In this document: positions 1 through 10,029 of the stretch, piece after piece
How the letters are laid out: every line of letters starts with the position of its first letter
Position numbering within the stretch: position 1 is the first letter of the stretch
Source of the DNA: Carpediemonas membranifera BICM
Taxonomy: Eukaryota > Protista > Fornicata
NCBI GenBank assembly: GCA_019828565.1
Contig: JAHDYR010000038.1
Span: 975,478 to 1,039,477, forward strand
DNA length: 64,000 nucleotides
Direction of reading: 5' to 3'
Position numbers and translations under genes: made by a program
The notes under the pieces: model-generated
Database searches by the model: none
The model's input: only the letters and a program-made list of their open reading frames with translations
What the model was told of the DNA's origin: nothing

Positions 1-1570
1 AGCTCAGCTTCCTCCTCTTTCTCTCCCCGATATCAGAGTCGGAGTCAGAGTCGCTGAAGTCGAGAATCAAGTCGTTCTCCAGCTCATCCCCGGTGACATT
101 GTAAATCACAGCCGGAGGCAGGGCAAGCGCGGCTCTCTCCTTGGCGTGTGCGACCATGCTGCTGCGGGCATTCGCTGACTGGGCACACTGATCGAGGAGC
201 GTCGCCCAATTCTCGACCGAGCGAACTCTGCTCTCGTTACAGGCCTCAGCAGCCTCCTTGAACGACCGCACCCGCTTATAAACGCCGACTGGGTCGACCC
301 GAATCAGCCGATGGAGGGCCTTGGCGGCTGGTTTGGCCAAGCCCTCGTTCCAGTGGGCTAGAATCACGTATGCAAGGGGGTGGACGAGCCGGTCGAGCAT
401 CGGGCCAGGGAACAATGCGAGCACACGCGTGAGGAAGAGGTCTTCGCTATTCAAAATCGCGATCGCGCGGTCAGAGATACGGAAATTATCGGATCTGATG
501 CACTCGGGGAGAATCTTGAGGAGCATGGGAGCGATGGCGGGATATACATCTGGTGCAACTACACCCGCGATACACTCGAGCTCGTCAAGGAAGAACACTG
601 CCTTGGCCGTGCAGGTTTGCGGGAAGACTCGGCAGAGATATGAGACAATGTCAACGCCCAGGAGTCCGCTGAACCTGGCCATCTGCACGGAGCACCGCAG
701 CAGCTGCTCACTGAATGAGGAGATGTTATCCGCCTTGTGCAGGGGCAGCAGGGTCTGCTTGAACAGACTCGCGTGCTCAGGCTTGAGAGGCATCGAAAAC
801 CCGTTGATTATTGAGCTATAGATCTCCAAAAACTCGGGAATACCGCTAAATGGTTGTGAGGTGGCCATGAAGGTATGTATGGCGGCGTTCATCTGGCGTC
901 TGATGAGGGGACGGTAGGCCGTCGCCTCGACGTAAATTCGATGGAGCGCGGTCTTCAGATAGTCCAGCTCGCGCGTATCTTCGGTGCTGAACTGGCCAAT
1001 GAGCTTGGATATGAAGGAGGGCGGGAGCATCCTGTGGAACTGCTTCCGATCCATCGGGGACACCAGCACGCGGAGGAAAATCTCATAAATGGGCTGAAGA
1101 ATCGGCCAGTTATGGTCAAGCTTGGGCTCATAGTAGGCCGGGTCAACTCCATCCGACTCTAGCCCGGACGCGGGCAGCGGTCTGAAGACGTTTGCCTGGA
1201 ACATTCGAAAGAACGCCACGAGGGCCTCGGGCGTCCACAAGGGCCTGTCTGAGCTGCTAGGGAGTTGGGGGTTCTCGATATATCGCAGTATATCCATCAA
1301 GGCTTGGCGCTTCATTTCGCAGTAGGCATAAGTTCGCGAATTGGAAGCTGCGTCGTCAACGATGGGATTGGCACAGGTGCACTGCTTTAGCTTGCGGATT
1401 AAGAGTACTGGACGCTCTGTGCGTGGAACAATATTGAAATTAGGTAGCAGAAACGTATCAGAGAGGACATTCGGCTTACCGCTCGTGTCAACACTGAAAA
1501 AGTTCGCCAGAATTGGTGGCTTTTCACTAAAACTGGAATGCCTTCGACGCTTGTATTCCATTGGTGTCAT
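1..1570 (-). CDS. Protein phosphatase 2A regulatory subunit B' (B56 family); 3' end runs off the window
   Basis: Absent from the ORF track because there is no stop in the window. Manual translation from ATG 1570 gives B56 motifs MFQANVFRPLP, EPKLDHNWPILQPIYEIFLR, FSTEDTRELDYLKTALHRIY and GIPEFLEIYSSIINGFSMPLKPEH. Confidence 0.9.
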   Translation of the reverse strand, partial: MTPMEYKRRRHSSFSEKPPILANFFSVDTSGKPNVLSDTFLLPNFNIVPRTERPVLLIRKLKQCTCANPIVDDAASNSRTYAYCEMKRQALMDILRYIENPQLPSSSDRPLWTPEALVAFFRMFQANVFRPLPASGLESDGVDPAYYEPKLDHNWPILQPIYEIFLRVLVSPMDRKQFHRMLPPSFISKLIGQFSTEDTRELDYLKTALHRIYVEATAYRPLIRRQMNAAIHTFMATSQPFSGIPEFLEIYSSIINGFSMPLKPEHASLFKQTLLPLHKADNISSFSEQLLRCSVQMARFSGLLGVDIVSYLCRVFPQTCTAKAVFFLDELECIAGVVAPDVYPAIAPMLLKILPECIRSDNFRISDRAIAILNSEDLFLTRVLALFPGPMLDRLVHPLAYVILAHWNEGLAKPAAKALHRLIRVDPVGVYKRVRSFKEAAEACNESRVRSVENWATLLDQCAQSANARSSMVAHAKERAALALPPAVIYNVTGDELENDLILDFSDSDSDSDIGERKRRKLS

Positions 1571-2094
1571 GCAACCGTCTAGCGGTACCAGAAGGCACCA
1601 TTCAGCTTTAGCTTCAATCTCAGCTTTTTTCTTGCACTCTCCCGGGCGGTCAAGAATCGAAATCCAGAAAGACTGGATCGCGACACCGGCTCTACTGCCC
1701 ACCGGGGCCGTATCGGATATTTGCTTGGCCGGCATTGCCATGGATTGCGGGGTTCATTTTTTGCGGGAGTGTGTCTTAAAGTGCGGTGACCATGGCGGAA
1801 CCACTGCCGTTGGAGTAGAAGTAGTTCTGCCGTTGAGGTGCTGATTGTAAACATCCATGTTGCTGGGCTTGGAATTTCAGGAGGTTCTTTGTAATCAAAA
1901 GATCACGGAGCTAAGCATCTGGAATATGCACGTTTCGGCCATTTGGTTGGCATCTGGCGGCGTGGTTAGGGTCCTGCTGCCACGAACAACCCATTGCCTC
2001 AGCGTGCCAGACATGCCTTATAATATTGTCGCGGATTATCTCAGGAACTCGGTCAATTCCGGTCAAAGTTACAGAATTTACCTCTTTCGTCGCT

Positions 2095-2973
2095 CTAGAC
2101 GTGGCATCCAGTGGCAAAGTGCGGCTTAAGGCCGAGTGCCCAGACAAGCAGCCACATGATAATGGACGAGTTGATCGGAATCATAAAATTGTCGTTGACG
2201 ATAAACAACGTGCCATTGCACCATAACTCAGTGAACCCGCACACGATGGCCCCCGCCAATGCGACGAGGACGGCGTAAAGAGGGCTGACCTTGAAGAGCA
2301 GGAGGCAGACCGTGCCGATGGTCGTGCAGATGCCGATGCAGCCAAGGAGCCCCTCGAGGGTCTTGGACTGGTAGATGCGGTGCCGACCAGCGATCATGCC
2401 GACCATTGCAGCGAATAGATCGCCGTACACTAGGTACAGGATGGCGATGCAGGCAAGGGGTGGCGGGAAGATGGCGAGAGTCGCTGCGCACCCAGAAAAG
2501 TAGTATGTTGTCCCGCTCACCTTGTTGTACTCCTTCTCGCGCATGATTGAGCCGAAGACGGAGATGAACCACTTGTTCACAGCCTCGGATGTGAAGCGGC
2601 TCAACTCGATACAAACGACAATCGTGGCCAAGAAAACGATGATGCCGACAAACAGGAGTCGCGGGAGGACGTTGAGGGAGGTGGAGCCGTAGTAGAGGAG
2701 GGGAATCGCTGTTCCCGCAAGGTGGAATTTCTTGCGGCGGAGCTCAAGTATTACCTTTGTTCTTTTGTCTGACGAAAGGCGGACATAGGTGATAAAGGAG
2801 TTGAAAGTGCCAAAATGCTTGGCCAGAAAGTACAGACCGGCGAAAAGAAAGGTCAGCGAAAGCGTCGTGTAGAAATACGGATCGCTCAGTGCTTTGAAGT
2901 TGATCGCCCACGGAATAAAATGGAACGTCGATCCCTCAAACCCTTGCGCTACCCAATCTATATCTATTTTCAT
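2095..2973 (-). CDS. CTP-dependent diacylglycerol/polyprenol kinase (DGK1/dolichol kinase-like membrane protein)
   Basis: Multi-TM protein with ELRRKKFHL, REKEYNKVSG, GDLFAAMVG, KTLEG and NDNFMIP motifs. Confidence 0.8.
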   Translation of the reverse strand: MKIDIDWVAQGFEGSTFHFIPWAINFKALSDPYFYTTLSLTFLFAGLYFLAKHFGTFNSFITYVRLSSDKRTKVILELRRKKFHLAGTAIPLLYYGSTSLNVLPRLLFVGIIVFLATIVVCIELSRFTSEAVNKWFISVFGSIMREKEYNKVSGTTYYFSGCAATLAIFPPPLACIAILYLVYGDLFAAMVGMIAGRHRIYQSKTLEGLLGCIGICTTIGTVCLLLFKVSPLYAVLVALAGAIVCGFTELWCNGTLFIVNDNFMIPINSSIIMWLLVWALGLKPHFATGCHV

Positions 2974-3020
2974 TCGATCGAAGACGGCGCGAAGCGGCGA
3001 GAAAAAAGCCTACCAAAGAC

Positions 3021-3031
3021 ATAAACTGCAC
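3021..3031 (-). promoter_or_regulatory. GTGCAGTTTAT motif (also 5395-5405 and 6026-6036 on -, 14477-14487 on +)
   Basis: Identical 11-mer 15-48 bp upstream of three consecutive start codons. Confidence 0.55.
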
Positions 3032-3100
3032 ACAACTCTCGAGCGGACTGCGCAGAACCAAGAGGGGCCGAGCTCAGCTGTTACAATACATGTTTTACAC

Positions 3101-5380
3101 CTACGCCTTGAGTGCCCGGAGCTCTGTACTGAGGACCTCCACGGCCTTGCTAAATGTCACCTTGTCGTGCTGCCGCGCCCCCGAGGCCTCAATAAATTTC
3201 AGCACTTCAGCCTGAGTCACGTCGGGCGACACGGTGCTGATAAAGTGGCCAAACTGATCAGTGGTCAGCGCACCATCGCCGTCCTGGTCGAACTGCCGGA
3301 ACAGAGTCCTGAACTTCATCAGGTACCTGTCATGGCCGAGCATCTGGAACTCCAGCACAGTCGAGATAAACTGGGCAAACGGAATGACGTGCTTCCCCTG
3401 GTTGGCAGGCCCCGTCGCCGCCTTGCTGCGACCCTTGAGCGTGGCAATGAGGGCGAGACAGTCGTCGTGCCCGTACATGGCCCGGACGACTTCCACCCAC
3501 TCGTCGTCGGGCACCAGGCCCTTGAGGCGGGACTGGAGCTTCGACTCGACTGCGGGATCGTGCCGGCCGCGGTGGTCGAACTTGTTGGCGATCACGTTCG
3601 CGAGGAGCTCGGCGATGGACTGCTTCAGATCCTGGACGACGGAGTAGAAGCTCTCGTCGATGTCGTTCCTGAGCATTTTAAGGAACAACTTGCACTCGAT
3701 GTCTGTCTTCTCGCGCTGCCTCAAGGCGTGTCTGAGCGACGCCGCCCAGTCCATCACCAGCTGTCTCAGGCCGTAGCGGTGGTTCAGATAGCTGAACAGG
3801 TGCTCCTGGAGCGTCTCTGGCGGCAGACCGTGCGTCTTGACCTTCTCGTCGTACTCCGTCTTCGACCTCATCACAGACTGGATGAAGTCGGTCACCTGTC
3901 GGTCCGAGAGGTAGCGGATCTGCCCAGGCTCCGTCGTGCCCTTCTGCTGGTCGTTAGTGCGAAGACCTCGGACAGATGGGGGCCGGGTCGAGTGCGGCGT
4001 CGGCTTGGGCTTGGCGCCGAGCGTCGTGGGCTTCGGCTTGGATTCAAGCGTCTTGATGCGGACTGAAAGCCGCTCGTTCTCGCTCTTCACTTTGCCGAGC
4101 TCTTCGATCATCTTGCGGCGGTCCTCCTCGTACTCCTCGACGATCCTGCGCTTCTCGGCGCCGTGGGTCTCGATCTCCTGCATCAGCAGCTCGCTGGCCC
4201 TCATCAACTCCTGGACCTGCGCCTGCCCGGCCTGCCTCGTCTCCCCGACGAGCTCGTGGAGTTCCATGGCGACATGGGACGAATGAAGGGCGAGACGCTC
4301 GATGAACAGGGCTAGCAGCGGGTCCGTCGGGTATATGTTGTGGGCCGCCACCCGCCCCAGGCGAGAGACTGTGGCTGCCTGGCCGGCGAGGATGGTCTCG
4401 GGCTGGGTGTCGATTGCGGCGTGTCGGGCGGCGGCGTGTTCCAGGGTCGACTCCGCCGTGTGTGGACCATCGGGCAGGATGGTGCCGATGTCCGAGATCT
4501 GGTCGATCGCGGCCTGGTGGGTCGCTACAGCCTCAGGGTCGGCTGGATCGTGGGCTTCCCAGTCGGAGAGGTCCAGCAGTTCGGGGAAGTCATCCGACTC
4601 GGCGTCGGAGTACAGGGCCTGCTCGGGCTCCTCGGTAGAGTCTGGCTCGGCTCTATCAGCGTTCACGCGGTCTCTGGTGAGGGGCTCGATGTCTTCCCGA
4701 CCCTCGCCCTCATATTCTCTCTTGAGATATTCATCGTATGCCGCCTCGTCCATCGCCTCAGGCTCGGGGATGCCTTTGAACCCGGGGCTACTGTCTTCAC
4801 CCTCCTCATCGCTGGCAAAGAAGCTGGCAGTCCCCTTGTAGTCGGGCGTCGCCATGAACTCCGGCTTTGAGTCGGCACCGAAGAATGACTTTGATAGCAT
4901 GGCTGTTCTATCCTGTGCATGATGATACAGGACCGTCCATTCATCGCCCACACATGCTCGGATGCGGCCAGGTTGGACTTCGGCCGAGGGCGGCGCGGAC
5001 TCTGGCTGGAAGCGGAAGCCCGGGACGAACTTGGTGCGGGGCTTGTCATTGAGTGTCTGGAGACCCGGCAGCTCCTGGAAGATGGTCTCTTCGTCGGTAG
5101 GATCGGCTATGGTTACTCGGAGATGCTTGAGGCGCGGTAGACGATTGAGACTGTCGGTGAGCTCGTCGATGTGCTCAATTGGAGTGCTCTGGTCCGAGAA
5201 ATCAACGACTTCGAGGCTCTCGAACTGGTTGAGATCCGGAATGGCTGTGATGTTGTTCTTCCGGGCATAGAGGGCCTTAAGAGAGGTCAAACCGACAAGT
5301 TCATCCAGATATTCCTGTGATATCTCATCCCATCCTTGTCCGTCGAACGCTATTGCCGACGTTGTGGAATGAAAGAGCAT
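3101..5380 (-). CDS. LRR + coiled-coil + EF-hand protein
   Basis: N-terminal LRRs (LTSLKALYARKNNI, LNRLPRLKHLRV), a central coiled coil, and a C-terminal EF-hand (FRQFDQDGDGALTTDQF). Confidence 0.75.
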   Translation of the reverse strand: MLFHSTTSAIAFDGQGWDEISQEYLDELVGLTSLKALYARKNNITAIPDLNQFESLEVVDFSDQSTPIEHIDELTDSLNRLPRLKHLRVTIADPTDEETIFQELPGLQTLNDKPRTKFVPGFRFQPESAPPSAEVQPGRIRACVGDEWTVLYHHAQDRTAMLSKSFFGADSKPEFMATPDYKGTASFFASDEEGEDSSPGFKGIPEPEAMDEAAYDEYLKREYEGEGREDIEPLTRDRVNADRAEPDSTEEPEQALYSDAESDDFPELLDLSDWEAHDPADPEAVATHQAAIDQISDIGTILPDGPHTAESTLEHAAARHAAIDTQPETILAGQAATVSRLGRVAAHNIYPTDPLLALFIERLALHSSHVAMELHELVGETRQAGQAQVQELMRASELLMQEIETHGAEKRRIVEEYEEDRRKMIEELGKVKSENERLSVRIKTLESKPKPTTLGAKPKPTPHSTRPPSVRGLRTNDQQKGTTEPGQIRYLSDRQVTDFIQSVMRSKTEYDEKVKTHGLPPETLQEHLFSYLNHRYGLRQLVMDWAASLRHALRQREKTDIECKLFLKMLRNDIDESFYSVVQDLKQSIAELLANVIANKFDHRGRHDPAVESKLQSRLKGLVPDDEWVEVVRAMYGHDDCLALIATLKGRSKAATGPANQGKHVIPFAQFISTVLEFQMLGHDRYLMKFRTLFRQFDQDGDGALTTDQFGHFISTVSPDVTQAEVLKFIEASGARQHDKVTFSKAVEVLSTELRALKA

Positions 5381-5751
5381 TCGATTTAATGACTATAAAC
5401 TGCACGGCCAAGAAAGTGATCAGCGCACGCGCCCTGAAGTACATACAGCGTAGATACACTGCCGCGATCACTGTCAGTGGCAAGAATCGTTCGAGTCATC
5501 GATACCCCGCATCCGAAACAACCAGGACGAGGGTTTACCATTAACAGACATCTGCAGCTCAGAGCTTGATCCTGACCTCGGGCCGCTCCATCTTCGTCCG
5601 GGCCACGTCCTTGTTCGACCCGGAGGCTCGTTCTGCAAAAAAAAGCACGAGATGGATTGCAAAATATGTAATAGAAACAGAAGGTAGAAGGGGGCTTGGG
5701 ATTTGGAGCGGTGGTTTGGCGCTGGCGTCTTCAAAACCTGCAGGCAAGTCA

Positions 5752-5992
5752 TCAGGATTTGAAGCACAAGCAGCCGCCCTTTGGTGCGAATGGGTTAGAA
5801 GAATCGCCTGGTGTCAGTAGAGGATCCTCTTTTCCAGAAATATAAGTGATGAGGCTGTGTAATAAGGGAAATTCTAACAAACACTTCTGATGCCTCACTA
5901 ACTTTCATGATTCGCTTTGAAGCCTCGCATTGGAGCTTAAGGCGCTCATTTTGAGTCAATTGCTGCTTCAGAAGCTGCTGGGAACGATCCAT
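5752..5992 (-). CDS. Heterotrimeric G-protein gamma subunit (GGL domain), 2 exons, 28-nt intron 5855-5882
   Basis: Removing GTTTGTTAG...ACACAG gives a 70-aa ORF ending KVSEASEVLITYISGKEDPLLTPGDSSNPFAPKGGCLCFKS*. It has DPLL/NPF and a CaaX-type end; exon lengths 110+103 = 213 nt. Confidence 0.8.
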
Positions 5993-6108
5993 CTCTTCAG
6001 TTTCGTGTTGTTCTGCATAAAAAAGATAAACTGCACAGGGATGAGCTCAGCATGACTGATCACAATTGGACTGCCAAGAATCATCAGACCCGGGGTCTAT
6101 TTACTGGC

Positions 6109-7077
6109 TTACTTGCCCATGGCGGGGTTGAGCTTCTTGCCGAAGGCGCGGTTCTTGAGGCCGTTGCGCTTGATCTGGAAGTACTTCTTGGTGCGAATGG
6201 GGGCGCGGAGAGCAGCCTTGACGGCGTCGTTCTCGAGAACGTTCTTGAGCTCAGTCTCGGTGGAGATGCCGCGGTGCATCTTGGCGGCGTAGATCTCGTC
6301 GAGCTTGGCGATGGCACCCTCAGTCCAGATGACGAAGCGGCCCATGTGGCCACCGGGGGCGAGGTCGAGGAGGTTAAGGGCATCAACCTTGGCGACAGTC
6401 ACGCCAGCGATGTTGCGGAAGGAGCGGGCGATGCCGTTGTCCTCAGCGTAGACAACCATAGGGCCCTTGCGCTGCTTGTAGCGACGGTTGCGCCACTTGC
6501 CGTGGCCAGCGCGGGTCTTCTTGGTGTCCTTGACCTTCCTGCAGTCAGCGTAAGCGCCGACCATCTCGAGGGCCTTGATGGCATCCTTGGTGCGGGTAAT
6601 GGACTCAACGGAGTTGTCGAGGATCAGAGGAACCTGGGGAACGTTCTCAACAAGGTGGCCGCGGCCAAGAAGGAAAGAGGGGTTGGCGGTGGCAGCGATA
6701 GCGGAGGTGACGGCGTAGCGCTTGACGGGGAGGTTCACCTTGCGGTAAAGGCGACGGGTGACGCGAACGGGGGAGAACATACGGCCACCACGGCACATGT
6801 TGCCGCCGTGAGCCTGGCCGGAGCGAGCGGTACCAGAGCCAGAGACACGGGGAACACGGGCAAGGGCGCGGCCAACACCCCAGGAGTGGGAGGTGGTGTC
6901 CAGAGAAGCGTACTTGAAGCGGCCGTAAGCCTGGCGGTGGTTCTTGTTCAGCTGAGTGTGAGCAAACTGGATGATGTCAGCTCTGACGGGGGCGCTGAAA
7001 ACAGCGGGAGTATCAACCTCCTTGGTGGCCTTCTTCTCGGCATCGATGGCGTAAACGGACAGCTTAGCAACGTGCAT
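6109..7077 (-). CDS. RPL4: 60S ribosomal protein uL4
   Basis: Motifs SWGVGRALARVPRVSGSG, GNMCRGGRMF, RAGHGKWRNRRY and LLDLAPGGHMGRFVIWTE. Start placed at ATG 7077 (MHVAK). Confidence 0.97.
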   Translation of the reverse strand: MHVAKLSVYAIDAEKKATKEVDTPAVFSAPVRADIIQFAHTQLNKNHRQAYGRFKYASLDTTSHSWGVGRALARVPRVSGSGTARSGQAHGGNMCRGGRMFSPVRVTRRLYRKVNLPVKRYAVTSAIAATANPSFLLGRGHLVENVPQVPLILDNSVESITRTKDAIKALEMVGAYADCRKVKDTKKTRAGHGKWRNRRYKQRKGPMVVYAEDNGIARSFRNIAGVTVAKVDALNLLDLAPGGHMGRFVIWTEGAIAKLDEIYAAKMHRGISTETELKNVLENDAVKAALRAPIRTKKYFQIKRNGLKNRAFGKKLNPAMGK

Positions 7078-7287
7078 TGCTTCGGTACTACTTCTGACTT
7101 TTTCGTAAAAAAGTTGCAAGAAAAAAGTAACAGCCACTTGTGCAGTGTCTGGATGGGTTACGGCCCTCAAACCCTGCCTCTAGACTTGTAAACTTCTTGT
7201 TTACAGTGTATTACTCGATCCTGGAGCTCCGAGCTAGGCTCAGCGATCAAGCTGCAAAACATGATGACGACAAAGGAACGGCATGCA

Positions 7288-7881
7288 CTAATCCACTATG
7301 GGTCCTATAGTCCAGTTAAGCCCAGGGAAACATGCTAATACCTCCAAGGCGAGTCGGCATACTCTAAGTGACGCGAACCGGAACCAGATCAGCGCCATAA
7401 CCGCCCCAATAGCCACCCCGCCGTAAACCTGAGTCTCGCTATGTACCCCAAGGGCAAGCCGGGACAGCGGCGTGGCGACACAAAGTGCGACAACCAGCAC
7501 GGCTCCGAGCCGATGGACGCAGGTGAGTCGACGCCACGGAATGTGTGCGAGAGTGATCAGGAGAAAGACGGCGGAGTACCCGCACCACTGGGAGTGTGAG
7601 GATGGGAAGCCAAAGTCGGTCTTGGCCGAGCCTGGGGGGCGGGCATCTTGGAAGTAGTTCTTCAAGAGGTGGTTCACTAGTTCGTTGAAGAGCTGGCCAC
7701 TACCGAAAACACAGATCCAAAGCTCGCCGGTGGTGAAAAAGGCGACGAGGAGGCCAATACCAATAAAGAAGGGCCAAAAAGTCAAAAGGGCTGCAACATA
7801 TGATGTTATACTGCTTGGATCGTACACTACATAGGCAAACTCAAGCGGCACCGCGTTGGTGATGATATCGCTTCGAACCAT
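7288..7881 (-). CDS. DOLPP1: Dolichyldiphosphatase (PAP2 superfamily)
   Basis: PAP2 motifs KNYFQDARP, FPSSHSQ and SRLALGVHSETQV; N-terminal VVYDP. Confidence 0.85.
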   Translation of the reverse strand: MVRSDIITNAVPLEFAYVVYDPSSITSYVAALLTFWPFFIGIGLLVAFFTTGELWICVFGSGQLFNELVNHLLKNYFQDARPPGSAKTDFGFPSSHSQWCGYSAVFLLITLAHIPWRRLTCVHRLGAVLVVALCVATPLSRLALGVHSETQVYGGVAIGAVMALIWFRFASLRVCRLALEVLACFPGLNWTIGPIVD

Positions 7882-8133
7882 GTCAAATGGAGGCACGTGG
7901 GGACCGTTCTTACGGCTTCTTACCCCGAACCAGCGCTCCCGGCCACGGATGAAAAAGAAAATTAACGAGAAAAATCAAACCACCCCTCAGCCCCCCCGTT
8001 CTAAGCGCACATACCTCCCGCCCGCCTCGGTTGCCGTTGCGTGGACGCGCGTTTTGCTTGAATAAAATGGGCTGAGGGAAAAATAATGCCGACCTGACAG
8101 TCATCGCCCAACACATAAGATACAACAAATAAA

Positions 8134-9534
8134 TCACCGCCCTGAACCGCGAGTTCCACTGGCAATCCTGCTAATGAACTGAGGACATTCAATCGTCTTG
8201 GGGCGGAACGAACAGCTCTCCAGCTCCTTCTCAAGCTCCGCGGCTCGGGCCTTCTTCAACCGCCGTTCCCTGCGTCGCACGTCGCACTGGGTCCGCTCTA
8301 TGATGGAAACATGGTCGCCGGCGGGCCGCTGGGACTGGAGAATTGGCTTGAACGTGACGCCATCAAGCTGCTTGCGCTCTTGCACTACCCGCGCCCGCTC
8401 TCTCGCCAGCTGGGCACGCTCCTGGTCGCCGTAGCACAGCTCCTCCGCAGTTTTCGCCCTCATCCGCTTGCTGCGGGCGTTAATCCTCGGCGCCGTGTTC
8501 TCCACTGGCGTGCGCTGAGCCCGTTCCATCCTCTGCTGCCGCCGTTCCAAATTCCCCTTCGCCCGCTCGGCTTGGGAGGACTTCGGCGTGATGGCCTGGC
8601 TGTGCACGTTAGTCTCAGGCTCAAAGCTGTACTGGTGGAGGCGCCGGTCTAGTGCCTTGATCTTCGCAGAATGGCGCTGTGTTGCTTGCAGTTGTCGGGC
8701 GATAAATGCGTCAAAAGCGCGGTCCGCAGCTGCAGATCTGGGTCTAGATTTGGACCTTGTCACACTAAGATCCGAGTCAATCACAGCAGACTTGGGTCGT
8801 ATCCTCGACAATCTCTCGTGTGCCGGATCAGCGAGATACAGGTCAAGTGTATCTCCCCTCATTTGTTTCGACACGAGCCCGGGTTCGAATGTGCACTCTA
8901 GGTCAGTCTGCATGGGTGACCTTGTCTCCTGGGTCTGCGCGTACCTTGGGGCGACCGTGCTGTTGTCAGTGATGAGGGTTGGGTTGAACGGATGGCTCGA
9001 CTCAAACACCGCCTCTGCCTCGGCCTCTATGCGCTCTTGTGCTTGTCTGCGGCGATCCTGGCTGCCATTGAAGAGTCGGTTGACCACATCAGCGGACTTG
9101 ACGACCACAGTCCTCGGGGTCGCGCCAATGGTCGGCGCGAAAGAACACTCGGCAGTTTCTGCGCTCATGAAATCTTCCCGCTTCTTCTCGCGCTCCTTGT
9201 CCTTCTGAGCCTTCCACTTCACGGCCCGGTCGTAGACGCCAGTGTCTGCATGCCGCTTGGGGATCGATTGAGAGGAAGACTGCATGTCGAGGGCGTCTTC
9301 GGGTTCTAGGACATCTATAGGCTCAAGATCATTGAGCTGTAGTGATCTTAAGGTCCGAGTACCCCTGGTTTCCCGGGAAGCACGTTGTTGACAGTATTTC
9401 CGGTCATTGTTGGGAGATTGATGCATTGAATGCGATTGAATGCTAGCCATTGACTCATCTAAAAAGATCTGACGAGCTTTCAGCTCTTTAAAGATGCTGC
9501 TTTGCACCATTCCGCTTTGATAGCGATCGTTCAA
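8134..9534 (-). CDS. Hypothetical protein with repeated (E)C(S/T)FxP motifs, possibly cytoskeletal/flagellar; start uncertain
   Basis: Long ORF with ECSFAP, HPFNP, ECTFEP, YSFEP, VTFKP and SCSFRP repeats between charged helices. Confidence 0.65.
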   Translation of the reverse strand: MNDRYQSGMVQSSIFKELKARQIFLDESMASIQSHSMHQSPNNDRKYCQQRASRETRGTRTLRSLQLNDLEPIDVLEPEDALDMQSSSQSIPKRHADTGVYDRAVKWKAQKDKEREKKREDFMSAETAECSFAPTIGATPRTVVVKSADVVNRLFNGSQDRRRQAQERIEAEAEAVFESSHPFNPTLITDNSTVAPRYAQTQETRSPMQTDLECTFEPGLVSKQMRGDTLDLYLADPAHERLSRIRPKSAVIDSDLSVTRSKSRPRSAAADRAFDAFIARQLQATQRHSAKIKALDRRLHQYSFEPETNVHSQAITPKSSQAERAKGNLERRQQRMERAQRTPVENTAPRINARSKRMRAKTAEELCYGDQERAQLARERARVVQERKQLDGVTFKPILQSQRPAGDHVSIIERTQCDVRRRERRLKKARAAELEKELESCSFRPKTIECPQFISRIASGTRGSGR

Positions 9535-10029
9535 ATTTTCAACTCGGGTTCGAGTTGCTCCAGACCGAGGACCCGAGTCAGAGTTTGATGTATCGTCTCC
9601 TCCTCCCGGTGACGCAGTGGTGTCGCTCTGGCTGTGGACTTGAATTAGTCGGACGTGCCGGCCTACATGCTTCCTTGCGGTGTATGTAGATGTGTGGTCA
9701 GTTAGCCTGTTGCTCGGGTGGTTAAGTTGAGTTTGGAAGCCTGTGGTCGAATGTAAGGCCTAGCTCGTCGACACTGCTGGTGTGGCCGCCTCCTTTTCTT
9801 CTCGGGTTTTCGACCGTCTTCGAACAGAGTGGCTCGACCCAGCAGCCATCGAATCACCTCACCTGTTTATACCAAGTTACGCTTGCCAGAGTTCAAGCGG
9901 CGCGCCCAGTAGACGCCCGCACGCAGTTCGATGGATACCATCACGCACTCCGGAGATGTCTCCTCTGTTCAACGAGGTAACCTTGTGCTGCCTTACACTG
10001 AAGCATGTTCATTCATATCATTCAATGGA

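Noticed and set aside
6052-7191. 379-aa plus-strand ORF (similarly 2894-4066 and many other overlapping ORFs)
   Set aside because: Antisense shadows of GC3-rich real genes, with no motifs.
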